In this document: positions 23,111 through 34,800 of the stretch, piece after piece
Layout of the letters: every line of letters starts with the position of its first letter
Position numbering within the stretch: the stretch's first letter is position 1
DNA from: Phoronis australis
Lineage: Eukaryota > Animalia > Phoronida
NCBI GenBank assembly: GCA_002633005.1
Contig: NMRA01000866.1
Location: 37,120 to 101,119 of the forward strand
Length of the DNA stretch: 64,000 nucleotides
Direction: 5' to 3'
Program-made: the position numbers and the translations under genes
Notes under the pieces: generated by a model
What the model was told of the DNA's origin: nothing
Database searches by the model: none
Seen by the model: the letters and a program-made list of their open reading frames with translations, nothing else

Positions 23111-24485
23111 TCATGTGCAGATCTGTGGCTGTGGCACGCACATGCGTTTTTCTGAACGTGCGCCTTCGCATCTTATTTTTGTAATAGTCATCACGTTATG
23201 CAAACACCTTCTTGTCCGAATCTGCACAGCTGAACATTGATTGATTGGACATATTGTCCACGGCGACCAGCTCGACCAACCGTATCTTTTGATAACCAGC
23301 CCTTCCACTATTTTCGTCTGCCCACCCCCGGAAAGACGGTTAACTTGCACTTTGACGGGCATGCCCGTTTTCAAGGCTTCATCCGGGACCTTGTCAGCTA
23401 TCTCGATATCCAAGTTCTGTTTTCCGCCGCTGCTGTCGGAAACTCTGATTCGGGCTGTCACAGGTTCAGGCGGCGGCTTTGCCTGCACAAGTTCTTTTCT
23501 TTCCAACAAAACGGCCAAATTGTCCGCTCCGGCTATGACACAAACTTTGACAATGTTGTCACACGCCTGCAGCTCATACGTGTTCGCCCTCAAATTCAGT
23601 GGCGTGGTGTCGTCCCATACCAACGTTCTAACCCGAAGACCACGCCCACATGTCACGGAACACGTGGTCCACAATGACCACGTGCCTGAAACATGTCAAA
23701 TTTCGCCCATTAGTATTTACTCTCGAGCTAAGGCCAAAAAAGCATACTTGGTACCACGTCACGGGAGACCTGCGACCCAAAAAGATCAGAAACAATGGTC
23801 TGGCTAAAACTGGATCAGTAAGACAGAAAGTTCACCAATGAAAAAACTTGCAAAGAATCTGATCGATCGTCGATCAGAATTGGCAACAATTCCAATGGCG
23901 GATTTAGAGTGGGGTCAGATTACATTTAGCAGTTCGGGGTGCGAATGCCTGTTGGACAAAGCCTTGGCTAATACTCTGCCCTGGCCTTAACTCAAAATCC
24001 TGGACCGGCCCCTAAATTCAGTTTCCGCTCCCGGTTCTTGACCTTACTCAGACATTTCACAGGGCCTTGTAGGCCTACCTCATCCATTCTGCATCCCGTA
24101 CTCCAAGTGACAGTTGCTCAACTTGTGCGGCACGATCGCTCTAACTTCAGAGCAGACTTTGAGGTTACGTGCACATTAGCTTGATGGAGAACATCACATA
24201 CTGCATTTGTTTTGTACAACACATTCTGGGAAATAAAGGTCAAGTGGCATTCTTCATAATGATTTTTTATTAACCGTGTTCGTAAGACCGCCTACTTTTG
24301 TCACAGTTATTTATCTATTATAAAAGGGTGTGTTTTCGGAAACTACTCAATCTAAACGGTCAAAACAACTTAAAGCTAATTTATAGCCAATGCAGTTAAA
24401 AGCGTAAGTACGTACCAGAAGCATCCCTTTCTACAATAAGATCAATGAAAACGAAAATTTCGATAATCCAACTTATTCTTCTCAT
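23111..24485 (-). CDS. Small protein with two thrombospondin type-1 (TSP1) repeats flanking a ~100-aa spacer, ~214 aa, 2 exons
   Basis: The main exon is 23111-23685 (acceptor TTTCAG), with WSLWTTCSVTCGRGLRVR and WSSWSPWTICPINQCSAVQIRTRRC...CEGARSEKRMC. The candidate first exon 24416-24485 (MRRISWIIEIFVFIDLIVERDASG, donor GTACGT) is phase-compatible and signal-peptide-like, but it is less certain than the main exon. Confidence 0.72.
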
Positions 24486-26241
24486 GCTTCATGGTGATTT
24501 CAAAACGTGTGCAACACTGAAACACGTGTCTTCTGAGCACGTGACAAGGCAGATATTGAGTGAAGTGAAACTGTTCATTATTTTTCACTAGTTACTTTCG
24601 TGAAAACCATGAACACAGTTAGCCTGTGACTGTTCAGGATAGGTAGGTCCTTATAGACAAGACTGTGAATTTAGTCAGATATTTACAAAACTCCTAAATA
24701 TATCTCAGAAAAAGTGTATTTACATGATTTTCTGAATGTGGAAATTCCGTAGAATTTTATTTTTGACTTTATCTCATCTGCCATTAATTAGGCCATGTGA
24801 CCATGTTTTTAGAAAAATTTTGCAAAATTTGTAAAACAACAGACTCGAATGTTCGAGATGAAACCTAAAAATCTCTGGTACTGTCTCCTAAACTATCGTT
24901 TCGGAGTTTTCATTTCTATGCAACTGTAACGTTTTTCACAAAAATCATATAACTCTTATTTTTGATAGCCCCTCATGCAAAAATGGAAAATATTGAAAAC
25001 AATTCCTAGCAGCGTTGAATGCTTCATGTGAATCCGAACAACAATTTCTGAGATATGATGTTCCGAAGTTAGGCACTTGCTTAAGGCCAACATGTTCCTC
25101 GCTTTGACAAGTGACTTCATTGTCAGCATCATTAAACCTTCCTTTATAGCACTGCATATCACAACCGCAAATTCAATATCCCAAGAAACGAAAAAATAGA
25201 AGGAAATAAATCTAATTGAAAGTTTCATAGCTGACGGACATAAGTGTGACGTATGGACGTACCAAGCGCCAGTGAGTTTTGTCCACCTACAAGCGAGATT
25301 TTTACAAACTTGTGCCACATCGGCGCTTCTCTGATGACACGTGAAAAAGTGAAAAGAGACACAACGTGATCAGAAACTAAGATGTCACAACCACCACAAA
25401 CGCAACGCCTCGGTATTCTTCATCATTACACCATATACTACGAGAAACGAGTAGCAACATCTGACGATATAGCAGCCGGACAAGTCAAAACACAATGGAG
25501 TATGATTAACGCTGTCCCTGATTCTATTTACAGTAGTATGTATCGACCAATGAATGGTCGTAACTCGAAATCGGCTAAACTGTACATATCTTCAGCTAGT
25601 ACTTCCGGGAGGGTGTTCCAATTTGACTGCTGATTGGCAGGTGGGTTTTTGTTTGATGACTTTGATACATCTATGTGATCCAAAGCACTTTTCTGCTGCT
25701 TACCTGTGTAAGTAGAGACTATAGAGGAGACGTGATGGAAGTGTCTGTTCTACCATGTCCCAAGATAGGTTTCAGTTTCCTACTTAGGAGATGGTATCTG
25801 TACATTATTCACAAAGCCTCAGGTAGGTCAGGCAAAAGCATTATATCGGTTTCAGTCCAACGCATTGTCTCATTTGTTCATTGCAAATATTATGAAATTA
25901 CAGCATGCACATGTCGGGAATGCTCTTAGTCAAACGTCAATCTCAGCAAAGTAGTTTTTTCGTCTATCAACTGGGAACGTTCTAAAAGTAAACACCATCT
26001 CAGCAACGCGAAACTCATCGATCGTGATTTACCCGCCACAGGCGATAGGAAAACGTTGATGGCTCAAATCAATGTTTGTGCGCTGCTGAAGTCCTGTTAG
26101 AACCCATGGTGTATAATTCATTCAAAGCTATTCTAGCGCAGCAGAAAGGGTGCCATTTTTTCGATATAAAGGTTCAAGACCAGATAATTCTCAGGAATGT
26201 GCAGTGGTATCCACACCAGGTGTCACGACGTTGAAATTTAA

Positions 26242-27570
26242 AGGCGAAGACAACCTATTTCATGTCATTTTTAGCAAAAATAAGGTTCGTTGATTATCCC
26301 AGACATATTTTTCACTTATTTACTGATTTTCGTAATTTAATTAATTACTCGTCGTCTATTCCGGAAGTGACGTTTTGGGAGGCAAGAATTTCGCGCTAAT
26401 TTCTTTTCATATAGTCTGACTGTGAGAGCAGTCGAGTCGGTCATTGTTCTACCTCGATTGTGATAAGTTCGGTCGTCGTTTGCTTTAATTGCTTACTAGT
26501 CAGTCAACATGCCACGCTGTTGCTGCGTACTGGGGTGTGCTCATTATCGTCTCACATACAGAGGAAGAACTGTCCCACTTGCCCGAGTGTCCCGCGACAC
26601 ACTCCCACTGGAGGGTGATCTGAGCACCCAAACTGCTTACATCCCGCCGTGTGACTGCCTCGCCACACACCTGGCACCTTCCAAATAGTTCCAATACAAG
26701 TCCACAATAAACTTATCAAACTTAGGCTCACCGATCTGTTCATTGGATGACGAACTGTCCTCTTCACTGGGTGTCGAACTGGGCCTGTATTCAATCCCAC
26801 TGCTTAACATCGCTGCAGGGCTGCTTACAGGCTCTGGGCTAGAGACAACAACACAGGGCGAATCACTGCTAGTTCCCGGAATTGCACGCAATGGGGTATG
26901 TTCGGAGGCACGAGTGACAGAAGATGAAGTGCCTCCAGTCGCTGTATATAGTGGCCACAGCTCGCGACGCTTCTCGCTTCAAAAACGCCCTTCTCGGGGT
27001 TGGCGACGGGGCTCTGCCGGGAATCAACAGCGACGGTATGGTACCCTTCTTCAGGCGTTGTTTCGCAGGGACCTTCATCAATTCAGCGTACATATCTGTC
27101 ATAATCTGACGGCAGATAATGCTTGCAACACACTCGGTAACCCTACATTGCTTTGTACGTTGCGTCGTTAGCGCTGCGTTCTTCACATGCACGAGCTAGC
27201 CTAGTACGGTGAAGTGTGTCATCCTTCGGAAAGCGACGCAAGGCACCCAAAGCGCGTGTGAGACGATAATAAGTACATCCTGGCACGCAGCAACAGCGTG
27301 GCATGTTGACTGACCTGTAAACAAAAGCAAACTACGACCAAACGTATCACAAACGAGGTAGAACAATGACTGACTCGACAGCTCTCACAGTCAGACTATA
27401 ATGAAAAGAAATTGGCGCGAAACTCTTGCCTCCCAAAACGTCACTTCCGGAGTAGAGGACGAGAAATTAATCAAATTATGAAAAGCTGTAATTAAGTGAA
27501 AAATGTGTCTGGGATAATCAACGAACCTTATTTTTGCTAGAAGTGACATGAAAAAAGGTTGCCTTCGCCT
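26242..27570 (-). mobile_element. Kolobok-type element with ~315-bp inverted arms and a pseudogenised THAP plus Zn-finger transposase 5' fragment
   Basis: TTAA TSD at 26238-26241 and 27571-27574; termini AGGCGAAGRCAACC. The minus frame from ATG 27304 reads MPRCCCVPGC...RRFPKD...YRVCCKHY...LKKGTIPSL (THAP, with a stop and a frameshift). It continues KFIVD/LELFGRCQVC...QWECVAGHSGKWDSS. Confidence 0.85.
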
Positions 27571-27770
27571 TTAATTCCAGGCACATCATGAGGCGCTGTG
27601 AAGGAATGTACTGTAAAACAACTGTCCCAGCGCTTCCTATACGAAAATGTGGCCCTCTGAATAGATCATGAATAGATTTGGACCACAGTTCGAGTGGCTA
27701 ATTTTACGTTATCACTGGTATGGGTCAATGAAAGCCCTTCCAGTGTTTGTACAGTGTCTCAATGCACCTG

Positions 27771-29204
27771 AAAAAGGCATAACTGTCGGAAAGTACTGTC
27801 TATGGGTTTTCTCAAAGATGAAAAAATCAACAAAGTCATGTCCTTAACTTGCTACGTCCATCAGGAAAAAAATGAGATGCCAAAAATTACCAAAAATGTG
27901 CGATTGTGGCCACTTTTTACCTAAAATTACAAATTCACGGAGCAAGAAAGGAAACCATAATCCGAACGCTCTTTTACTCTGTATTACAGAAGTTGAGGTT
28001 AAAATATGTCATTACCAAGCAGATTTTTGACAATTTCCACTTGCCTGAGGAATACCTGGATTCGCGACAAAAATTGAGGACTCACTGCTCTGAAAATGGC
28101 GCCGGCACATCCGTATACGAGTAGACACAGAGCTGAGGCCAAATTTCTGGACTCAACATACTCAAACAATTTCACGGAATACTGAATTACTATTCGTGGC
28201 AATCACTTCACATTTAGTTCACAAAACTGCCATCAAACCCGACCTACATTATTTTCTGTATCTTTAGGTGGAGCGACATGGACCTGAACCCGCCGTGGTC
28301 TTAGACCAATGAACACGGAAATCCATGTGAGACTCAGTGCGCATGCCTTGGTTCGGACGTTTTGTCGTATACATATGGTACGGGAATGAGCCGGAAAGTA
28401 TAGCTAATCGTTTTGTTGTTTTGTTTGACGCCTTGTAATCTTCCATGTGCCAAAAATACAAATTTGTGTGGAATGCATCGATTTTGTCTGATGGTGGTTG
28501 CAGCAACTGCAAGCCACAAAAGTATTTCTCAAAAGATGGAGTAGTATTGCCATGCATTTATCAACATCAAAACAATCGGAATGTCCGAATTAATGTTACT
28601 TGGTTGTGTTAACCAATGAGAATCCATATTACATGATCAATTCAGGTCTAAGGCCACAGTAGACGGGCATACGTAGCTCCTCCTCAAAAATCAATAAAGT
28701 GAGGTGGGTCGGTTTTGACGGCAGTTTTGTGAACTAAGTGGGAAGTGATTGACATAAATAGTATTCAGGAGTGCCTGAAGCTGTTTTGAGTAAATTGCAT
28801 CCAGAAATTTGGCCTGTGCTCTTGTCTACTAGGATACGGAAGTGCCGCCATCAGATTTTGAGAGCAGATCCTTGTTGAGTCTTGAATTCTTGGCGCGACT
28901 CCATGTAGGGTCTACCCTTCAGTCAGGTGGAAATTGTCAAAAAAACTGGTTGATAATGACATATTTTTACCTGAATTTTCGGGATTTAGAGTGAAATAGC
29001 AAAATCGGAAAACGATCACTTTTCTTGCACCGAGGCAGTCGTAAATTTGTGATTTTAGGTAAAATATGGCCAAAATCGCACGTTTTGGTCATTTTGGCAT
29101 GTCGATTTTTTAACGTTTAATGTAGCAAGGTAAAAAGATATAGCTTTGTTGATTTTTTTCATTTTTGAGAAACCCCATAGAGTGTACCTTCTGTCATGCC
29201 TTTT
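27771..29204. mobile_element. Foldback-type element with ~480-bp diverged inverted arms
   Basis: 27771-28255 is the approximate reverse complement of 28695-29204. Examples: CTATGGGTTTTCTCAAAGATGAAAAAATCAACAAAG versus CTTTGTTGATTTTTTTCATTTTTGAGAAACCCCATAG, and TTAGTTCACAAAACTGCC versus GGCAGTTTTGTGAACTAA. Confidence 0.75.
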
Positions 29205-30404
29205 CCAAGTGTCCGCAAACAAGGTCTTTGATTGACCCAGGCCAGTGATAAGGTCAAAGTCAGTCACTGGTACTGTTGACTTGGTCCTAGTGCTAGCTCT
29301 CGTGGGACTGGGAAAGGGTGTACTTAGGGAAATGGCTCTCACTCTAGATAATTCTTTCGACAAAGTACCATAATATGGGACTATGAAAGTTGCAACAAAC
29401 TGCTGATGCCGTGCGCCAGTGACAGGAGACACTGGGTACGAGAATGCAGCCGTCGGTCACGTGAACGGTTGCCAACAGAAATGTAAATTGTGAGAAAAGG
29501 TATATTTTGTTACAGAATAGTTAACTGTCATTAAAATCATCGTTTTCGGAACAAATCAATTCTGTGGTCAATGTACTGTCGAAAATGTCAATGCCAAATT
29601 CTACAGCTATAAATCATGTCATTGTGTATCGCTATGCATATATTTTAAAAGGTTACATGGGCCAGAGGCCCACGTACAATGCCATCTGTTTACAAAAATA
29701 TGTCACAAATTACACATGGAATACTATTTACAATACAACAAACCTAGTCACTAGCCACGGATAACACTGTAAATAGTTCCTGTATAGCAAATCAACTTCA
29801 AGCCAACAAGTATCGTACATCAAAACAAAAAAATCCGATAATCTTAATAATGAAACAACGAAGCCACGCAAGTATTTGCCAACTATTAGTTGCAATAAGT
29901 ATTTCAATAAAGCAGCATGTACTATATTTTCCAATACAATGCTACACAGCTTCAGTCACTCCGTATCCTTTGATGTCCAAGCCATCACAAATCCCAACCG
30001 TAGTTTCAGTGAAACTCGAACTTGCAAAAAGATGTTGCATCCTGAAACCTCCCTTACACAAGTTTAACAAAGAACGCAAAAGCTGCAAGTCCCTTGAAAG
30101 TTAGCCAACTTAAAAACAAACACTGATACCAGAAAACAGCAAAATTGGCTCTGGTCTGCGCTCGACTCATTTTTCAAACGTGCCCTTCAAAGCGCTGGGT
30201 AAAAAGAAGGATTCTGACCCTTTTCAGGTGACAATAACCTTAAATACTACTGTGATTTTAAGACTCTGTACTGTTTTGAACCATATTTTAAGTTTCCGCT
30301 TCATAATAGTCTTATTCAAGCGTTTATTCGGTAATGTTGCGGCCATAGACTACAGGTGGAAGTGGGTAGGCACTTACGCTAGAATTATAAGTAGAGCATT
30401 ATAA

Positions 30405-30702
30405 TAGATTATGTTTGATTTGCAATGATGGTCTTGTAAAGGATGAATACCACTTCCTGTTGATTTGCAAGGGATATTATGAACTTAGGTCGCGCTTTGT
30501 GAAAGAAGTGCAATGGAAGCACCCAATTCAAGCATCCTGTGTACGCCTGCTAGCTAATCCAGAGGTATCTGTTTTTAAATCTGTGTATTCTGCCCTTAAA
30601 AGAGGAGAATAAATTTTAAATGGGTTGACGCGTGTGCAAATGTGCCTGTGTAATTTTTATTTACTGTACTTTGGGCCAGAGGCCTTTAATACAAATAAAC
30701 GT

Positions 30703-30740
<38 letters not shown>
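30405..30740 (+). mobile_element. 3' end of a non-LTR retrotransposon (RTE-X-like) ending in (GATT)n
   Basis: C-terminal motif ICNDGLVKDEYHFLLICKGYYELR, a short 3' UTR with AATAAA, and a (GATT)n tail at ~30704-30740. Confidence 0.7.
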
Positions 30741-30743
<3 letters not shown>

Positions 30744-31875
30744 AACCTTTTTAAGAACATGAAAAACAAGAAATACCGCGATATCACCTCAGTTAAACAA
30801 ACCACCAGCTCCAGTTATGTCATTTTTGTCTTTATAAAGAGCATGCGCGCACCCAGCCTTTAGTTTGGGGGGCTCGAATTTCTGACCAAGTGGAAAGCTG
30901 AATGACTAAAAAAAGAACGCGGTACCATCTTCAGTACTGTGAACTGTGCGTCTGCGCCTTTTTAGTGGACTTTCGTCTCGTTTCCCTCGGACTTTTTGTT
31001 TCTCTGGGGCGTACCTTTTTTCCCATTTCGCCAAAATGGGGGCTCATTCGAGCTCCCTGAGCCCCCCCCCCGAGTCATTGTTTGAACATGATGATTAAAA
31101 TGTTTTGTTCTTTTCGGTGAAAAGTATTAACTTGTTAGTTCGATTGAAAAAGTAAAATGGACTCGTCACGTAATATTTTCACTGAAATGATAAATCAGAA
31201 AATGTGAAATGATGTGGCTTAACATTTGATTAATCCGTCTCTTGAGAGACCCCCACCAATCAAGTTATTGTGAAGGCTGGACTTTTCCCCAGTCGCTGTG
31301 TCACTGTAGATGTCACGACGTGTAACGTTTAGCCAGTTGTAAGGACACGCTCTCCCCCTAGAGCCACTTCAGTTGAGGAACGCAAGAGCTATCAAGTGCT
31401 TCCATACTTATTTGCACATCTAGTCAAGTCCTGTCTGTGATTTTCACTAGTATAACACGCGATTACCATTTCTCAATGTCTTTATAAAATCCTATTAATT
31501 TGAGATGCACAAAGTGCGTCCCCAAACGGACCCAACGGGTACACCCCGGCGAGGCGGATGTCAAATATAAAACGATTAACATGTAAATTCGAGTAAAGGA
31601 CTATTGTTTTATTCGGTCTGCCGATAGATCTGTTCACATTCGCGATAAAATCCATTTCTGATTTCTTTTTTACCATATTCGTACCCAAAAACATGGTAAT
31701 ACGCGATACCGTGCTCCGTTTCACGACTTCGACTGTAGTTGACTCAATTTGGAGGTGCCGAGTCAGCTTCTTTTTGTTTATTCGCAATCTAGTCTTGTCA
31801 AAGCAAGGCATGAATGCGACTAGGACATTCCTTTTATGTCGTCCGATAGTTCCTCATCTATCATTTCCGGCTTGC

Positions 31876-34800
31876 TTAACCGTAAATGAATAGCATTAAA
31901 GATATCACTGCAGTTAACTGCCTTGGAATGGTTGCTGCCGAGGATACCAAAATTGCACATTCGGCGTCCTCAGTTTTCTCTGCAGGCAAGTCATTTAGTT
32001 TTAAACCCCTGGTGAATGTTACATCGATGTCTTCCATAGGAATTACCAAGTGTTTGATGAATGAAGTGTCAGACGTTACAGCTTCAAATTTAATTGGTGG
32101 ATACATGTCGAGACCATCTGCAAATGTCCAGAATGCAAGTAATCCACTGAGATGAATTTTAAATTCATTTGCCCTAACTGGAATTAGCGTTCCTGTTAAG
32201 AATTCGCCCTGTGTAACGCCAAGTTCTTGTGACGTTTCATTCAGAGACACTGTAATATTCCCAAACGTCAAATGCCCATACGTTCCAACATATATTGAAA
32301 GAGGATGCGTTATATTTTCATAAGAATACGCGTAAGCAAAAGTTGGCGGAACTGGAGTGTTAGCAAACCACGAGTCCAAAGAACAAGCGGACGATACGTT
32401 CAGCCAAGGTTCTTTCCCGATCAATAAGTCCGACGCGTAGTAATGAATAGCCAACTTTAGCAGTACGTCATCGCCCATAGCCGTTGGACCATTTGTTGCA
32501 GAGTAAATACCAGCATTTTGCTCTGGGTACAACCACAGTTGTGACGAATAAAGAGACAAAAGGTTTCCACTGTGTGAGAGACGCCTAACGCCTGCAAATA
32601 AACAAGATACAGTGAGGTTCTAGCAACATTAAAGACCAGGTTTATGTTTGGAGTTTAATTTTACAGGAAAAGCAACCTGAAACACGACCAACGAAACAAT
32701 ATTCTGATTTCTTCTATAGACGTTCTTTCGAAAGTATTCAAAGAATTTCTTTAAAATTATCGTAAGCAGAGCAAAAAATAGAAACNNNNNNNNNNNNNNN
32801 NNNNNNNNNNNNNNNNNNNNNNNNNNNNNNNNNNNNNNNNNNNNNNNNNNNNNNNNNNNNNNNNCTCTCTCGCTCTCTCTCGCTCTTCCCCCTCTCAATA
32901 AATGCTCCATATGTTTAATTCAGTCTTACCTCTGTATACATTCACAATCCATGCCAATCCGTACCCCTTCACCATGTCTTGAACAGGAAAATTATTGGGT
33001 AGACTTCCGGTCACAGATAATGGGTGCCTTGTGGGAATTAGAGTGCATGGTTCGTACGTCTCCATCAGCAACGAAACTGTCTTACTACTGACGCCTTTAT
33101 TGAAGTGGGCATTGGTGTTGAGGTGATATTTTATCCACTCGGCGGCATCCGTGGCACTCAGTTTCACTGATCCGGCAGGGCCAAGGGGATCTACGCTGCT
33201 GTTGTGCGGACGAGGAAAGTAAAATATTATGTGATGCGGTTGACAATGAGAGACTAAAACCGAGTTTTGTTGTGTGCGCATTTGCAGTTCATGAAACCTT
33301 ATCCGTTGTATTTTTGATGCAGTATTTAGTTCGTTCATGAGAATTTTCTTTTCGTATCTAATTTTTAGGGTTATTGTTAAGATTACTCGGTCATTGAAAA
33401 GTTACTACAAAGTCACTTAACGATTTCGTAACCATGCATATACATTTTGTATATTATCAAGCACTTTCGACTTGGGTTTAAAAAGCAATATTTCCAAAAC
33501 ACTCACAGAACACATTGACTTTGAATTACCTCAGTAACTCCTTAGCTACTTTTACAAACGACCCGTTTACGGTGACGTATGGATCCGCCAAGTTTTGGTC
33601 TTCAGCGCAAGGTACGAATCCAGCAGTGGACATATTTAGCGCACGGAAGAGTTTTTGTGTGACCAATTCTTCCCATGTTGATAGTCCTGATAATTTCTCG
33701 GCAGTATTTCCTGCCAGCATATAAAGATGGTTGTTATATGTGAACTTGGTGCGAAATGGCTGAGTGGGTTGTAAAAATCGGAGTCGCCTGAAATATTCAA
33801 GGGGTCCTCAATTGGCATTCTATAAACGAAGCAAGCAAAAGTAGCATCTCGAAATACAACAAACCTAATTAATACATTTGATCACACTCATTTAACAGGC
33901 ACTGCCGTAATCTCGTTTTTTTTTAAATATGTGTTATTTAACAATATTCAATTTTGTATCAATCTTCTGTGATTGTTCAAACTTGCAATGCCTTTGAAGT
34001 TTTGCTGCAGATTGAGTTGCAATGCTGATACCAGAAAGTTTGACAAGTTCGAAAAATATGAGTGGACGTATTAGTGAAAACACATCGACCAGTACCAGCC
34101 TGACTAAAAAATGCTCGTTACATTATAACCATGGAAATCTAAATTTCAACAAATGCTACATGCTGACTTGATTGAGTATTGCGCGTCAAAGTTATAATCC
34201 GGGAAAAACATTACGCGAATAAATTGTGTTTTTGATGAGAATTCTGCAAATATCACAGTACAAAAAATAAACATAGCATACAGATTTGCCTTTGAAATTT
34301 CGGAAATTACTTAAGCGATACTGTGCGTTTACTTACCTCTGCTGCACTAGGTACAGACGACGCTAATATTATTTAGAAATTTCATACACAAGGTAGAGTT
34401 CACCAACAGTCTCGCGGCTGAAACCATACGCTCTCATTAAAAATACGCGGTAATATATCTCACATAATTTTACGAGATCTTGCTTTTGTAGCTAGCGAGG
34501 TACAGTGCTAGAGTTACTGAAGTCGACCCACATTTAGCACGACTAAATGCATGGAAATATCTGACGCATTTGTGGCACGTAAGACAAATAATCAATAACT
34601 ACAAAATGCAATTCATAATGTCACATGTTCCGAAGACTGGTCAAAAGAAATATGAATTCGATAGTAATAAACGCTGCTCACTACCTCACGGCCTCTTTTC
34701 TGGAAAACTTTGGTTTGTACCCAGCAATCAGTGGCTGAAAGTAGCTGGGTATCCCTGTCCGGTGACACAACAAGTCTTTGATGGTGACATGTTCTGTCAG

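Noticed and set aside
23237-23807. Plus-strand ORFs of 146 and 188 aa
   Set aside because: They are antisense shadows of the TSP1 exon.
33636-33818. ORF MPIEDPLNISGD... as part of the beta-lactamase-like gene
   Set aside because: It is the wrong frame. The YNN-containing frame with the acceptor at 33787 is the real exon.
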